A stretch of 64,000 nucleotides of DNA, taken from a virus. The notes below the pieces were generated by a model, which made no database searches, was not told where the DNA came from, and saw only the letters and a list, made by a program, of their open reading frames with translations. Location: IMG/VR virus record IMGVR_UViG_3300045988_100041; one strand, 5' to 3'. Shown in pieces: positions 38,395-44,581 of this stretch. How positions within the stretch are numbered: position 1 is the first letter of the stretch; each line of letters starts with the position of its first letter. The position numbers were made by a program, and so were the translations under genes.

Positions 38395-39491
38395 TTTGCG
38401 GAAAGATTTTTCAGTTCTTTCACACACTGCGCAGTGATTTTCACTGCTTCATCGATCTTGGCAAAGTCTTTTTCCTGTTCGGCTCCGAATCTTGGCTGAT
38501 ATTCGTCCATCGGAAGCCGGAGCGTATAGTCAAAAGAAAACCGGACGGCGCTTCGGGCGCGTTCTTCCTGGTATCCAGCGGCAAGCAGGACTCTCGACGG
38601 CTTATTGTCTCCGCTGGAACACGCCGCACCGCCAGACACCATGACATTCTCAGAAGAAAGTCTCAGGACAAGGGCGGTATTTTCAACGCCTGGGAACGAG
38701 ATATTTGCGATATAGGGAGACTGCGAAGATTTGTTTCCTTCGTAGACGCTGCCGTTTAATTTTGCGTCCGGGATCTCGTTCATCATACCATCAATGAGCC
38801 GGTCGTGCAAGCGGCCTGCCATTTCTGCAAACTCCGCAAGATGCTGTGTCCGGAACCAGAGCGCCTGAGAAAACGCCGCAGCGAGTGCGACAGAAGGGGT
38901 TGCGAAATGTTCCAGTTCATAGATGCTTTCCGGATCTTTTGCAATCAGAACACCGATGCCGACGGGCGCGCCGAATTTATGGCCGCCGCCTGCAATGTAG
39001 TCGATTCCGTCCGACTTGTAATTGAGCTGGAATTTTCCCATGGCTGCGGTGCAGTCGGAAAAGCATACATTCCACGCGCCTGTGTTTTCTAGGTCGTAAA
39101 TGAATCCGGTTTCGTTGCAGGTGTGGATATGCGCAAGAGCGGCTTCTTTTTTGCGGGACCTGCTGTGAATCTTACCGTAATCGGGAAGTCTTTTATAGAC
39201 TGCGTCGTGTTCGTAGGAAGAACAAAGCGCGTCTCGATAATCGTTCAGGAGGCGAAGCGCTGCAAGGCGGCAGCTTTCGGTGGCGCTGGATGTGAAGATG
39301 ACCTGCTCCGGTTCGCAGTTTATGCACGCTGCGACGATTTTTTTCTGTTCCTGCAAAAAGGCGTTGTTTCTTGTCCCGCTTGCGTGGATGCTGTTTGGAT
39401 TCCCGACTTCACCACGGCATACCCTTGCAAATTCGCGCATGGATGAGGAAAGCACCGGCGATGTGGCTGCGTAGTCGAGGTAGATCAGCAT
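38382..39491 (-). CDS. Class V aminotransferase / cysteine desulfurase (NifS/IscS-like)
   Basis: 369 aa. IYLDYAATSP N-terminus, PLP-lysine motif GGHKFGAPVGIG, active-site loop SGGAACSSG, and His in SSYEHDAV. Confidence 0.85.
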   Translation of the reverse strand: MLIYLDYAATSPVLSSSMREFARVCRGEVGNPNSIHASGTRNNAFLQEQKKIVAACINCEPEQVIFTSSATESCRLAALRLLNDYRDALCSSYEHDAVYKRLPDYGKIHSRSRKKEAALAHIHTCNETGFIYDLENTGAWNVCFSDCTAAMGKFQLNYKSDGIDYIAGGGHKFGAPVGIGVLIAKDPESIYELEHFATPSVALAAAFSQALWFRTQHLAEFAEMAGRLHDRLIDGMMNEIPDAKLNGSVYEGNKSSQSPYIANISFPGVENTALVLRLSSENVMVSGGAACSSGDNKPSRVLLAAGYQEERARSAVRFSFDYTLRLPMDEYQPRFGAEQEKDFAKIDEAVKITAQCVKELKNLSAKRDN

Positions 39492-40000
39492 GGCGCGGTC
39501 CCTCCGAAGTTTGGAACGAAGGAAGAAAGAAGCTGATGATAGAACTTATTTTGCGCCTGCAGCTCAATGCACCGCTCTTTCAGCGAGGATAGTTCTGCGT
39601 CCGGTTCTTTGGAAACGGGAAGCACGCCGGAAGGCCCCGGATTTTTGGGTTCATTTGCGCCGCTCAGACCGATGGACACCAGAAGGGCGCTGTCTACGAG
39701 CTGCATTTCATGCTGCTCCAAGGTCGAGATATAGCTTCCAAGGCGTTCTTTGCTGACGGTATAGATGTTTTCACACAGGACGGTATTTTTCACGCCTTTC
39801 ATTGTGATTTCCACGTGCGTCGGAAGGGGCTTTTTCTTCTCTGCGGTCGTTAAGTAGCAGATCTCTATGTTCGGAGAAAATAGGTTATTTTTCTCGTTTG
39901 AAACGACAACGGCAGGTCTTGACTTGCGAATTTCACTTCCAAGCCCGTCTTTCCAGTTATCTACCCAGAAAATATCGCCGCGATGGATGCTACGTTCCAT
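39485..40000 (-). CDS. MazF/PemK-family endoribonuclease-like protein with ~60-aa C-terminal extension
   Basis: RGDIFWVD...RKSRPAVVVSN...CYLTT...THVEI...VLCENIYTVSKERL matches the PemK fold pattern. An extra coiled-coil tail (ELSSLKERCIELQAQNKFYHQLL) follows. The stop overlaps the desulfurase start (ATGCTGA). Confidence 0.7.
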   Translation of the reverse strand: MERSIHRGDIFWVDNWKDGLGSEIRKSRPAVVVSNEKNNLFSPNIEICYLTTAEKKKPLPTHVEITMKGVKNTVLCENIYTVSKERLGSYISTLEQHEMQLVDSALLVSIGLSGANEPKNPGPSGVLPVSKEPDAELSSLKERCIELQAQNKFYHQLLSSFVPNFGGTAPC

Positions 40001-40101
40001 TTCTTTCGTCCTTTCTTTCACATTTTTCTATGTACGGCGGCACGTCCGCACGATATGCCGCCTATTCAGTTTAATTGCGTTTGAACTGAATATTGAGGGT
40101 G

Positions 40102-40374
40102 TTATCTCACTGCGTCTTTCAGCGCCTTTGCGGGGCTGAAACGAACGACGAAGTGCTGGGGAACGTCGATGGTTTTGCCGGTATTCGGATTTCTCGACTG
40201 CTTGCTGGCGCAGTATTTCGCGGCGAATTTGCCGAAGCCCGGAACGTTCACGGTGTCATGCACGATGAGCGCTTCCTGCACCGCATCGAACACGGCATTT
40301 ACTGCGCAGATCGCCTGCGTCTTCGGAACGTCCATCCGGTTCGCTACGGCGGTTACGAGTTCGTCTTTGTTCAT
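40102..40374 (-). CDS. hup: HU/IHF-family DNA-binding protein
   Basis: 90 aa. MNKDELV...GFGKF...R.GRNP.TG..I-like pattern (SKQSRNPNTGKTIDVPQHFVVRFSPAKALKDAV). GGAGG RBS. Confidence 0.85.
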   Translation of the reverse strand: MNKDELVTAVANRMDVPKTQAICAVNAVFDAVQEALIVHDTVNVPGFGKFAAKYCASKQSRNPNTGKTIDVPQHFVVRFSPAKALKDAVR

Positions 40375-40401
40375 GATTTTCCTCCTTTCCCGAAAATTTC
40401 A

Positions 40402-40477
40402 TGGTGAGCCGTCCCGGAGTCGAACCGAGATTTTACCAGTTATGAGCTGGTCGCTCTAGCCTTTGAGATAACGGCCC
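40402..40477 (-). tRNA. tRNA-Met/Ile2 (anticodon CAT), CCA encoded
   Basis: Reverse complement folds as a cloverleaf: GGGCCGT / ACGGCTC acceptor, ACCAG-CTCATAA-CTGGT anticodon arm, CTCGG-TTCGACT-CCGGG T arm, ACCA end. No initiator features. Confidence 0.85.
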
Positions 40478-40853
40478 ATCGATTCCGGCTTGACGTACCG
40501 GCCGCGAGGTCTTGTGCACAGACCAACGGCAAATCAGGTGATTGCACACCGTCTCCACCTTGTTATCCTCATGATGGACGATCTGAGTGGGGAGTTCCCA
40601 TTTCGCTTGTTTACTCCCAAACTTCGCTATCGGCTATATCAACCCGACGACACCGCTGCCAGATGCGGAGGTTTCATTCCATCGGGGGAAGTCATCCGAT
40701 GGCGGGCATGGGCGGCTTGGCAGAATCGAACTGCCTCGGGTCAGTTGCTCGTCGCTTCCCTTTACCAAATGCCGCGTGTTGCCACACTGACGCAGTGGCC
40801 GCGGAGGGTTGGCTTTATTTATAACGCGCCACGACTCCCACAAGAGGGCGCTT
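40478..40853 (-). ncRNA. Unassigned structured non-coding segment (candidate large ncRNA)
   Basis: 376 nt with no credible ORF, co-oriented with the flanking tRNAs. Contains a T-loop-like hairpin GGCAG-TTCGATT-CTGCC (40719-40735) and helices GGGAGT/ACTCCC (40590-40618) and TGTGCA/TGCACA (40513-40548). Confidence 0.3.
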
Positions 40854-41012
40854 TGGCGGATGCGGCGGGGATTTGAACCCCGCATGGTGCAGACAGTATG
40901 CGACGAGCTTTATTCCCGTCCGAGGTGGCTGCTTGAACCCCAATAGGTTTGAGTGTGCCGCGCTTTCCTGCACCGCATACCCTTGCTACCTTTTCCATTC
41001 GGCCACGCATCC
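40854..41012 (-). ncRNA. 159-nt tRNA-like RNA: acceptor/T-arm minihelix with a ~120-nt non-tRNA insert, GCCA 3' end
   Basis: - strand: GGATGCG (41006-41012) pairs with CGCATCC (40858-40864). T arm GCGGGG-TTCAAAT-CCCCGC, discriminator G, CCA encoded. The interior has competing helices GTATGCG/CGCATAC and GGTGCAG/CTGCACC, and I found no anticodon arm. Confidence 0.45.
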
Positions 41013-41021
41013 ATATTTTGC

Positions 41022-41345
41022 TCAGATTTTTGCGGTACAGCGGTATTTGCAGGTTTTCCAGTCCGCGAGGCTGCACGACTCGAAGATGCAGGGTGATCCG
41101 GCGTACTCCGGCTTGTCGCAGAATTCGTGGATCAGCTCCGGATACAGGGCGTTCATTGCAAAAAGGTTTCTTGCCGAATCCGGCCCGACAAACATCGGCT
41201 TTCCTTTCGGTGCGTAGTCACGGATCTGATAGGGGATTTCGTCCCGTTCGCTGTAGAAATGGACCGCGACCGGCGTCACGTCCTTCTCTACGACGACGTA
41301 GACATTTTTCGTGCCGTTGGTGAGATAGCGAATGTCCAAGCTCAT
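41022..41345 (-). CDS. Hypothetical 107-aa protein embedded in the RNA island (C-terminal Cys cluster)
   Basis: Strong RBS AAGGAGGAAAACAAATG. MSLDIRYLTNGTKNVYVVVEKD...CDKPEYAGSPCIFESCSLADWKTCKYRC. Confidence 0.6.
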   Translation of the reverse strand: MSLDIRYLTNGTKNVYVVVEKDVTPVAVHFYSERDEIPYQIRDYAPKGKPMFVGPDSARNLFAMNALYPELIHEFCDKPEYAGSPCIFESCSLADWKTCKYRCTAKI

Positions 41346-41713
41346 TTGTTTTCCTCCTTGCTTTGTTTTCTTGGTTTTGTACAGCCTGCCTCCCGGCTCC
41401 GGAGCCGCCGTTACTCGACGCCTAGACGCTCCCGTGCAGAAGTTGGTCTGCGTCGCCACGCCGGTTTTTCTTCCATCCTTTACGCCTCACAGCGGACTGT
41501 CGGAAGGCCGGGAGGGTAAGCCACGGAACTTTTCAGCCCTGCGCCGGTGCATCGGTCGCATCCGTTTTTTCACACATTAAGCCGGAGCCAGCTAATTAAA
41601 TTCGCAATCTGTCGTACTTGCACTACCTACAGATTGAGCGGATGGCCGGATATATCGTTTCACCAAGCCTTTGGAACCTCAAAACTTTCCCTGAGTCCGC
41701 CGCAATACCCATG
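41346..41713 (-). other. 368-nt GC-rich leader/non-coding segment between tRNA-Gly and the 41345 CDS
   Basis: No credible ORF; many local helices (e.g. GGCTCCGGAGCC at ~41394-41405). Function unknown. Confidence 0.3.
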
Positions 41714-41787
41714 TGGAGTGCGTGAGGAGAATCGAACTCCCACCATCAGATTGGAAGTCTGATGTTCTGCCATTAAACTACACGCAC
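41714..41787 (-). tRNA. tRNA-Gly (anticodon TCC), copy 1
   Basis: GTGCGTG/CACGCAC acceptor, TCAGA-CTTCCAA-TCTGA anticodon arm, GGGAG-TTCGATT-CTCCT T arm, U73, CCA encoded. Confidence 0.85.
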
Positions 41788-41794
41788 ATAAATG

Positions 41795-41916
41795 GCTCCC
41801 CGTTTTACTCCGGTGCGGGAGCGTTCTTCCCGAAAACCCATAGCCAGGCTTCCCAGCTTGGAGCACCGGAATCTCTGAAATGTTCCGGTGAGCGCCTTCG
41901 CTTACATGGGTGACGC
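41795..41916. ncRNA. Repeated structured element X, copy 1 (122 nt)
   Basis: ~84% identical to 42126..42239. Shared helices carry compensatory changes; details are in the findings. Strand unresolved. Confidence 0.5.
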
Positions 41917-41927
41917 TTTAAAGAGTA

Positions 41928-42001
41928 TGGAGCGGCATACGGGAGTTGAACCCGCGTTTTCAGATTGGAAGTCTGACGTGCTTCCGCTGCACCAATGCCG
42001 C
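41928..42001 (-). tRNA. tRNA-Gly (anticodon TCC), copy 2
   Basis: GCGGCAT/ATGCCGC acceptor, anticodon arm identical to copy 1, GCGGG-TTCAACT-CCCGT T arm, U73, CCA encoded. Only ~60% identical to copy 1 outside the anticodon arm. Confidence 0.85.
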
Positions 42002-42125
42002 ATAAGGCGCGCATAGGATGGAAGAGGTACAAGACCATCCCATGCACTTCCGGTCTTTCCCGGCTGCCAGAACAATCCCTATGGAGGGGCAGGCGGGAGG
42101 CTCGTGAACCACTGCCTGCATAGAA

Positions 42126-42239
42126 GCTCCCCATTTTACTTGGGTGCGGGAGCGCTCCTACCCAAAACCAACAGCCAAGCTTCCCATCTTGGAGCGCCGG
42201 ACGATTCCGGCGAGCGCCTGCGCTTACGTTGGCGGTCGC
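42126..42239. ncRNA. Repeated structured element X, copy 2 (114 nt)
   Basis: Paralog of 41795..41916, with a shortened hairpin loop and compensated stem positions. Confidence 0.5.
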
Positions 42240-42300
42240 TTTTCTGCACAGAAAGGAGACATTACGCCTCGCCGCAGCAGCACAGAAGGGAGCTGCGGCA

Positions 42301-42371
42301 TGGTGGGAAAATGCGGAATTGAACCGCAGCATGAAGGCTTTATGTTCCTCCCTAGCGCACCTGCTTTTCCC
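42301..42371 (-). ncRNA. 71-nt tRNA-like minihelix RNA or attP-type tRNA remnant next to the integrase
   Basis: - strand: GGGAAAA...TGCGG-TTCAATT-CCGCA-TTTTCCC-A-CCA gives a perfect acceptor and T arm. There is no canonical D arm or anticodon arm. Confidence 0.4.
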
Positions 42372-42400
42372 GCATGGCGTGACGGGTCACGCCTTGTTTT

Positions 42401-43501
42401 CTATGCGATCTCCGACCGGCTTTTTTTGACGGTAGGCTGCGGCCGGAGGTTTGAGAAAAAATCATCGCCCTGCATTTCAAGATACCGCTTGTTGCGGTCT
42501 GCCTGACGGTCTTTTTCTTCCTGCACAAGAAGCGTCTGGCGGCGTTTCCTGCGGCTGGTGAGTTTGCCGGAATAGATCTGCGTGACTTCTGCCGATTCAT
42601 GCCCGAGCTTTGCTTGCAGTTCTTCCAGAGGCATGCCGCCGTTGAGATCGAGCCGCGCGCCGACGTGCCGCAGGTCGTGGGACCGGACATTATCTACACC
42701 TGTCACGCGCTTTACATGGCGGCGGACAAGCTCTGTCAGCCATTGACGGCTGCCGGCGTGCCAGGATTCTGCGTTGAAGTTTCTGGACGTTCTGACTTTT
42801 TCTGCGCAGGTTCCAAAGAGCGGGTCATCGTCTTTTGCATAGGAAGGGCGGATGCCGCTTTTAAGATAGAGCCTTACGGCGGTCTGCGCGATGGGCGGGA
42901 AGTCTACAACGCGGTATTTGTTGCCCTTGCCGTGCTCTACGGTCAGCTCTTCGTTTTCCCAGTCCAAGTCGGCAGGCGTGAGGGCGAGAAGTTCGCAGTT
43001 TCTGATCTCTGTGGACAGAAACAGGACGGCGATTGCATAGTTTCGCTCCCATTCCGGAACGCCGCTTGATTTTGGGGAGTTGTTCCGCCACAAAAGTGCC
43101 GCCTGTTCGTCGGTCAGAATCTGGTCATAGGGTCTTGCATCTTCCTGACGGGTGTCCGGCATGAGGAATTTGGAGACGGGGTTTTTGTCATAAAAGCGGT
43201 AGTCTCCAAGCTGGGGAGACGAGGCGTATTCATAAAATCCGGAAAGAACTTTCAGATACTGCTTGACGGTGGACGGTTTTCTGCCGGTTGCAAGCAGCAT
43301 ATCACGCCACGCCTGAATGTCTGTGAAGGATACCTCGTGGTTCCAGTTGTCCCGATCTTCAATCATAAAGAGGCTGAACAGTTTTATCACGTTGTCGATA
43401 TTTTCAACCGTATTTTCTGAGCGCCCGATGGCGATCATGTTTGAACGGTAGGAACGGTAGGCTTCCATGAACTTCTTTTCTTCCTTGATGGGCGGTGCCA
43501 T
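42401..43501 (-). CDS. int: Tyrosine recombinase / phage integrase
   Basis: 366 aa. N-terminal SAM-like core-binding region, and a C-terminal catalytic pattern ...R...HDLRHVGA...LGHESAEVTQIYSG (R-H-R-H/Y). Confidence 0.9.
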   Translation of the reverse strand: MAPPIKEEKKFMEAYRSYRSNMIAIGRSENTVENIDNVIKLFSLFMIEDRDNWNHEVSFTDIQAWRDMLLATGRKPSTVKQYLKVLSGFYEYASSPQLGDYRFYDKNPVSKFLMPDTRQEDARPYDQILTDEQAALLWRNNSPKSSGVPEWERNYAIAVLFLSTEIRNCELLALTPADLDWENEELTVEHGKGNKYRVVDFPPIAQTAVRLYLKSGIRPSYAKDDDPLFGTCAEKVRTSRNFNAESWHAGSRQWLTELVRRHVKRVTGVDNVRSHDLRHVGARLDLNGGMPLEELQAKLGHESAEVTQIYSGKLTSRRKRRQTLLVQEEKDRQADRNKRYLEMQGDDFFSNLRPQPTVKKSRSEIA

Positions 43502-43524
43502 ATGTATTGCTCCTTTCTGTTTTC

Positions 43525-43555
43525 ACTATATCAAATGGAAAAAGCGAATGTGCAA
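43525..43555 (-). promoter_or_regulatory. TTGCAC-N19-TATAGT promoter-like element upstream of int (family copy 1)
   Basis: - strand reads ATGTTGCACATTCGCTTTTTCCATTTGATATAGT. The same 19-nt-spacer architecture recurs at 44314..44344 and 52558..52588. Confidence 0.4.
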
Positions 43556-43607
43556 CATGGGAATTTATTATCTTCCGGCTATCTTTTCTTCTGCCGGGGA
43601 GCGGGAG

Positions 43608-43617
43608 TTTGTCCCGC
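43608..43617 (-). promoter_or_regulatory. GCGGGACAAA box inside a long hairpin (copy b, no TAGA box at the standard spacing)
   Basis: - strand CTGCCGGGCGGGACAAACTCCCGCTCCCCGGCAG followed by AAGAAAAGATAGCCGG. Near-identical to the element at 44085-44130. Confidence 0.35.
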
Positions 43618-43632
43618 CCGGCAGGAAAATAT

Positions 43633-43800
43633 TTAATACGTCCAGTTCTTTAAGATCTCAGAGCCAAACTGAATGCGCGGACGGAAGCGACCGCAGGTAT
43701 TTTCGTTCATGCGCCGCGCGGCGGCTCTTGCTTCTTCCAGGGTCTGGTAGGTTCCGACGAGAATCGGAGTATCGAAAAATGTATCGTAAAGGAAATACAT
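43633..43800 (-). CDS. Hypothetical 55-aa protein
   Basis: MYFLYDTFFDTPILVGTYQTLEEARAAARRMNE...; ATGA overlap with the upstream stop at 43800. Confidence 0.4.
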   Translation of the reverse strand: MYFLYDTFFDTPILVGTYQTLEEARAAARRMNENTCGRFRPRIQFGSEILKNWTY

Positions 43801-44030
43801 CACAGAACCCCCACACTCTTTGTAATAGCGCAGCAGGCGGCGATTGCGAGGATACAGGCGGCGGCGAGAACGAGGGCAATGAATCTGCGTTCTTTGATTT
43901 TGCGGCGCTTGTTGGCGGCGTAGGCGTTTCTGGCGCGCACCTGATCGGCGTGGTGACAGACGATGTGGCTGAAAACATCCTCGGGAAGAAGCTCCGGGAC
44001 GCAGGCGATGGCGGTACATTTCTTTTTCAT
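43800..44030 (-). CDS. Small C-terminally membrane-anchored protein
   Basis: 76 aa from ATG 44030 (AAGGAG RBS). Hydrophobic FIALVLAAACILAIAACCAI near the C-terminus. Confidence 0.45.
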   Translation of the reverse strand: MKKKCTAIACVPELLPEDVFSHIVCHHADQVRARNAYAANKRRKIKERRFIALVLAAACILAIAACCAITKSVGVL

Positions 44031-44103
44031 TGGTATGGTCTCCTTTTTGAATTTTCTACAGGCGCGGACGCCCGGCATCTTTTCTTCTGCCGGGGAAGCG
44101 GGA

Positions 44104-44113
44104 TTTGTCCCGC
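44104..44113 (-). promoter_or_regulatory. GCGGGACAAA box inside a 13-bp hairpin (copy c)
   Basis: - strand CCGGGGGAAGCGGGACAAATCCCGCTTCCCCGG followed by CAGAAGAAAAGATGCCGG. Confidence 0.35.
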
Positions 44114-44132
44114 TTCCCCCGGAGAAATTGGG

Positions 44133-44255
44133 TCATTTTTTGTTTTCCTGTTCGCGAAGAAGCTCCTGTATCTTTTCTTCGAGAAGCTTTTTCTGCTCGT
44201 CGGTCAGTCGTGAAACAATTTTCAAAAGTTCCACGGTTTCGTTTTCGTTTTTCAT
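44133..44255 (-). CDS. Hypothetical 40-aa helical protein
   Basis: Strong RBS GTCAGGAGGTACGCAGATG. Translates MKNENETVELLKIVSRLTDEQKKLLEEKIQELLREQENKK. Below the ORF-track cut-off. Confidence 0.45.
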   Translation of the reverse strand: MKNENETVELLKIVSRLTDEQKKLLEEKIQELLREQENKK

Positions 44256-44313
44256 CTGCGTACCTCCTGACTTAATCGTTCCTTTTTGTTTGGGGATTCA
44301 TCATCCTATTATT

Positions 44314-44344
44314 AGGATACCAATCGCAAAAAGGAAATGTGCAA
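44314..44344 (-). promoter_or_regulatory. TTGCAC-N19-TATCCT promoter-like element (family copy 2)
   Basis: - strand reads ATGTTGCACATTTCCTTTTTGCGATTGGTATCCT, upstream of the 44255 start. Confidence 0.35.
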
Positions 44345-44353
44345 CATAGGGAG

Positions 44354-44560
44354 CTACGCGGTGACGATTTCGGTCAGTACGTCGATGGATGCGTCTACGT
44401 GACCGTCAACGATGTTGAAGTAGACGGTTTTTATGACGAAGTTTCCGATGCCTTTCATAATGACGGGGCTTGCCAGATCGACATTGTTAGAGCCGCCGTC
44501 CACGCAGACGTGCCAGCGGGTCACATTTAGAGATGTTTCGTATAGTTCTTTGATGGTCAT
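44354..44560 (-). CDS. Hypothetical small protein
   Basis: 68 aa from ATG 44560 (GGGAGGAATCACAATG). Confidence 0.45.
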   Translation of the reverse strand: MTIKELYETSLNVTRWHVCVDGGSNNVDLASPVIMKGIGNFVIKTVYFNIVDGHVDASIDVLTEIVTA

Positions 44561-44581
44561 TGTGATTCCTCCCATATAAAA

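Noticed and set aside
40707-40776. Possible fourth tRNA (T-arm GGCAG-TTCGATT-CTGCC with acceptor-like ends)
   Set aside because: The acceptor pairing has a mismatch, no D arm or anticodon arm can be drawn, and the length is only ~68 nt. I kept it as part of the unassigned structured segment rather than calling it a tRNA.
40478-41012. tmRNA, RNase P RNA or SRP RNA
   Set aside because: I could not find the conserved cores I remember on either strand: GAGGAAAGTCC and ACAGAAnCCGGCTTA for RNase P, the G3-U70 acceptor and tag ORF for tmRNA, and GGAAGCAGCC-type domain IV for SRP. This rests on memory and still needs cmscan.
41795-42239. Glycine riboswitch or T-box leader (because element X precedes each tRNA-Gly)
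   Set aside because: The remembered cores (CACCGAAGGGGCAA / CTCTCAGGCAAAAGGAC for the glycine riboswitch; AAnnnGGGTGGTACCGCG for the T-box) are absent. These leaders regulate mRNAs, not tRNA genes. This is a memory-based rejection.
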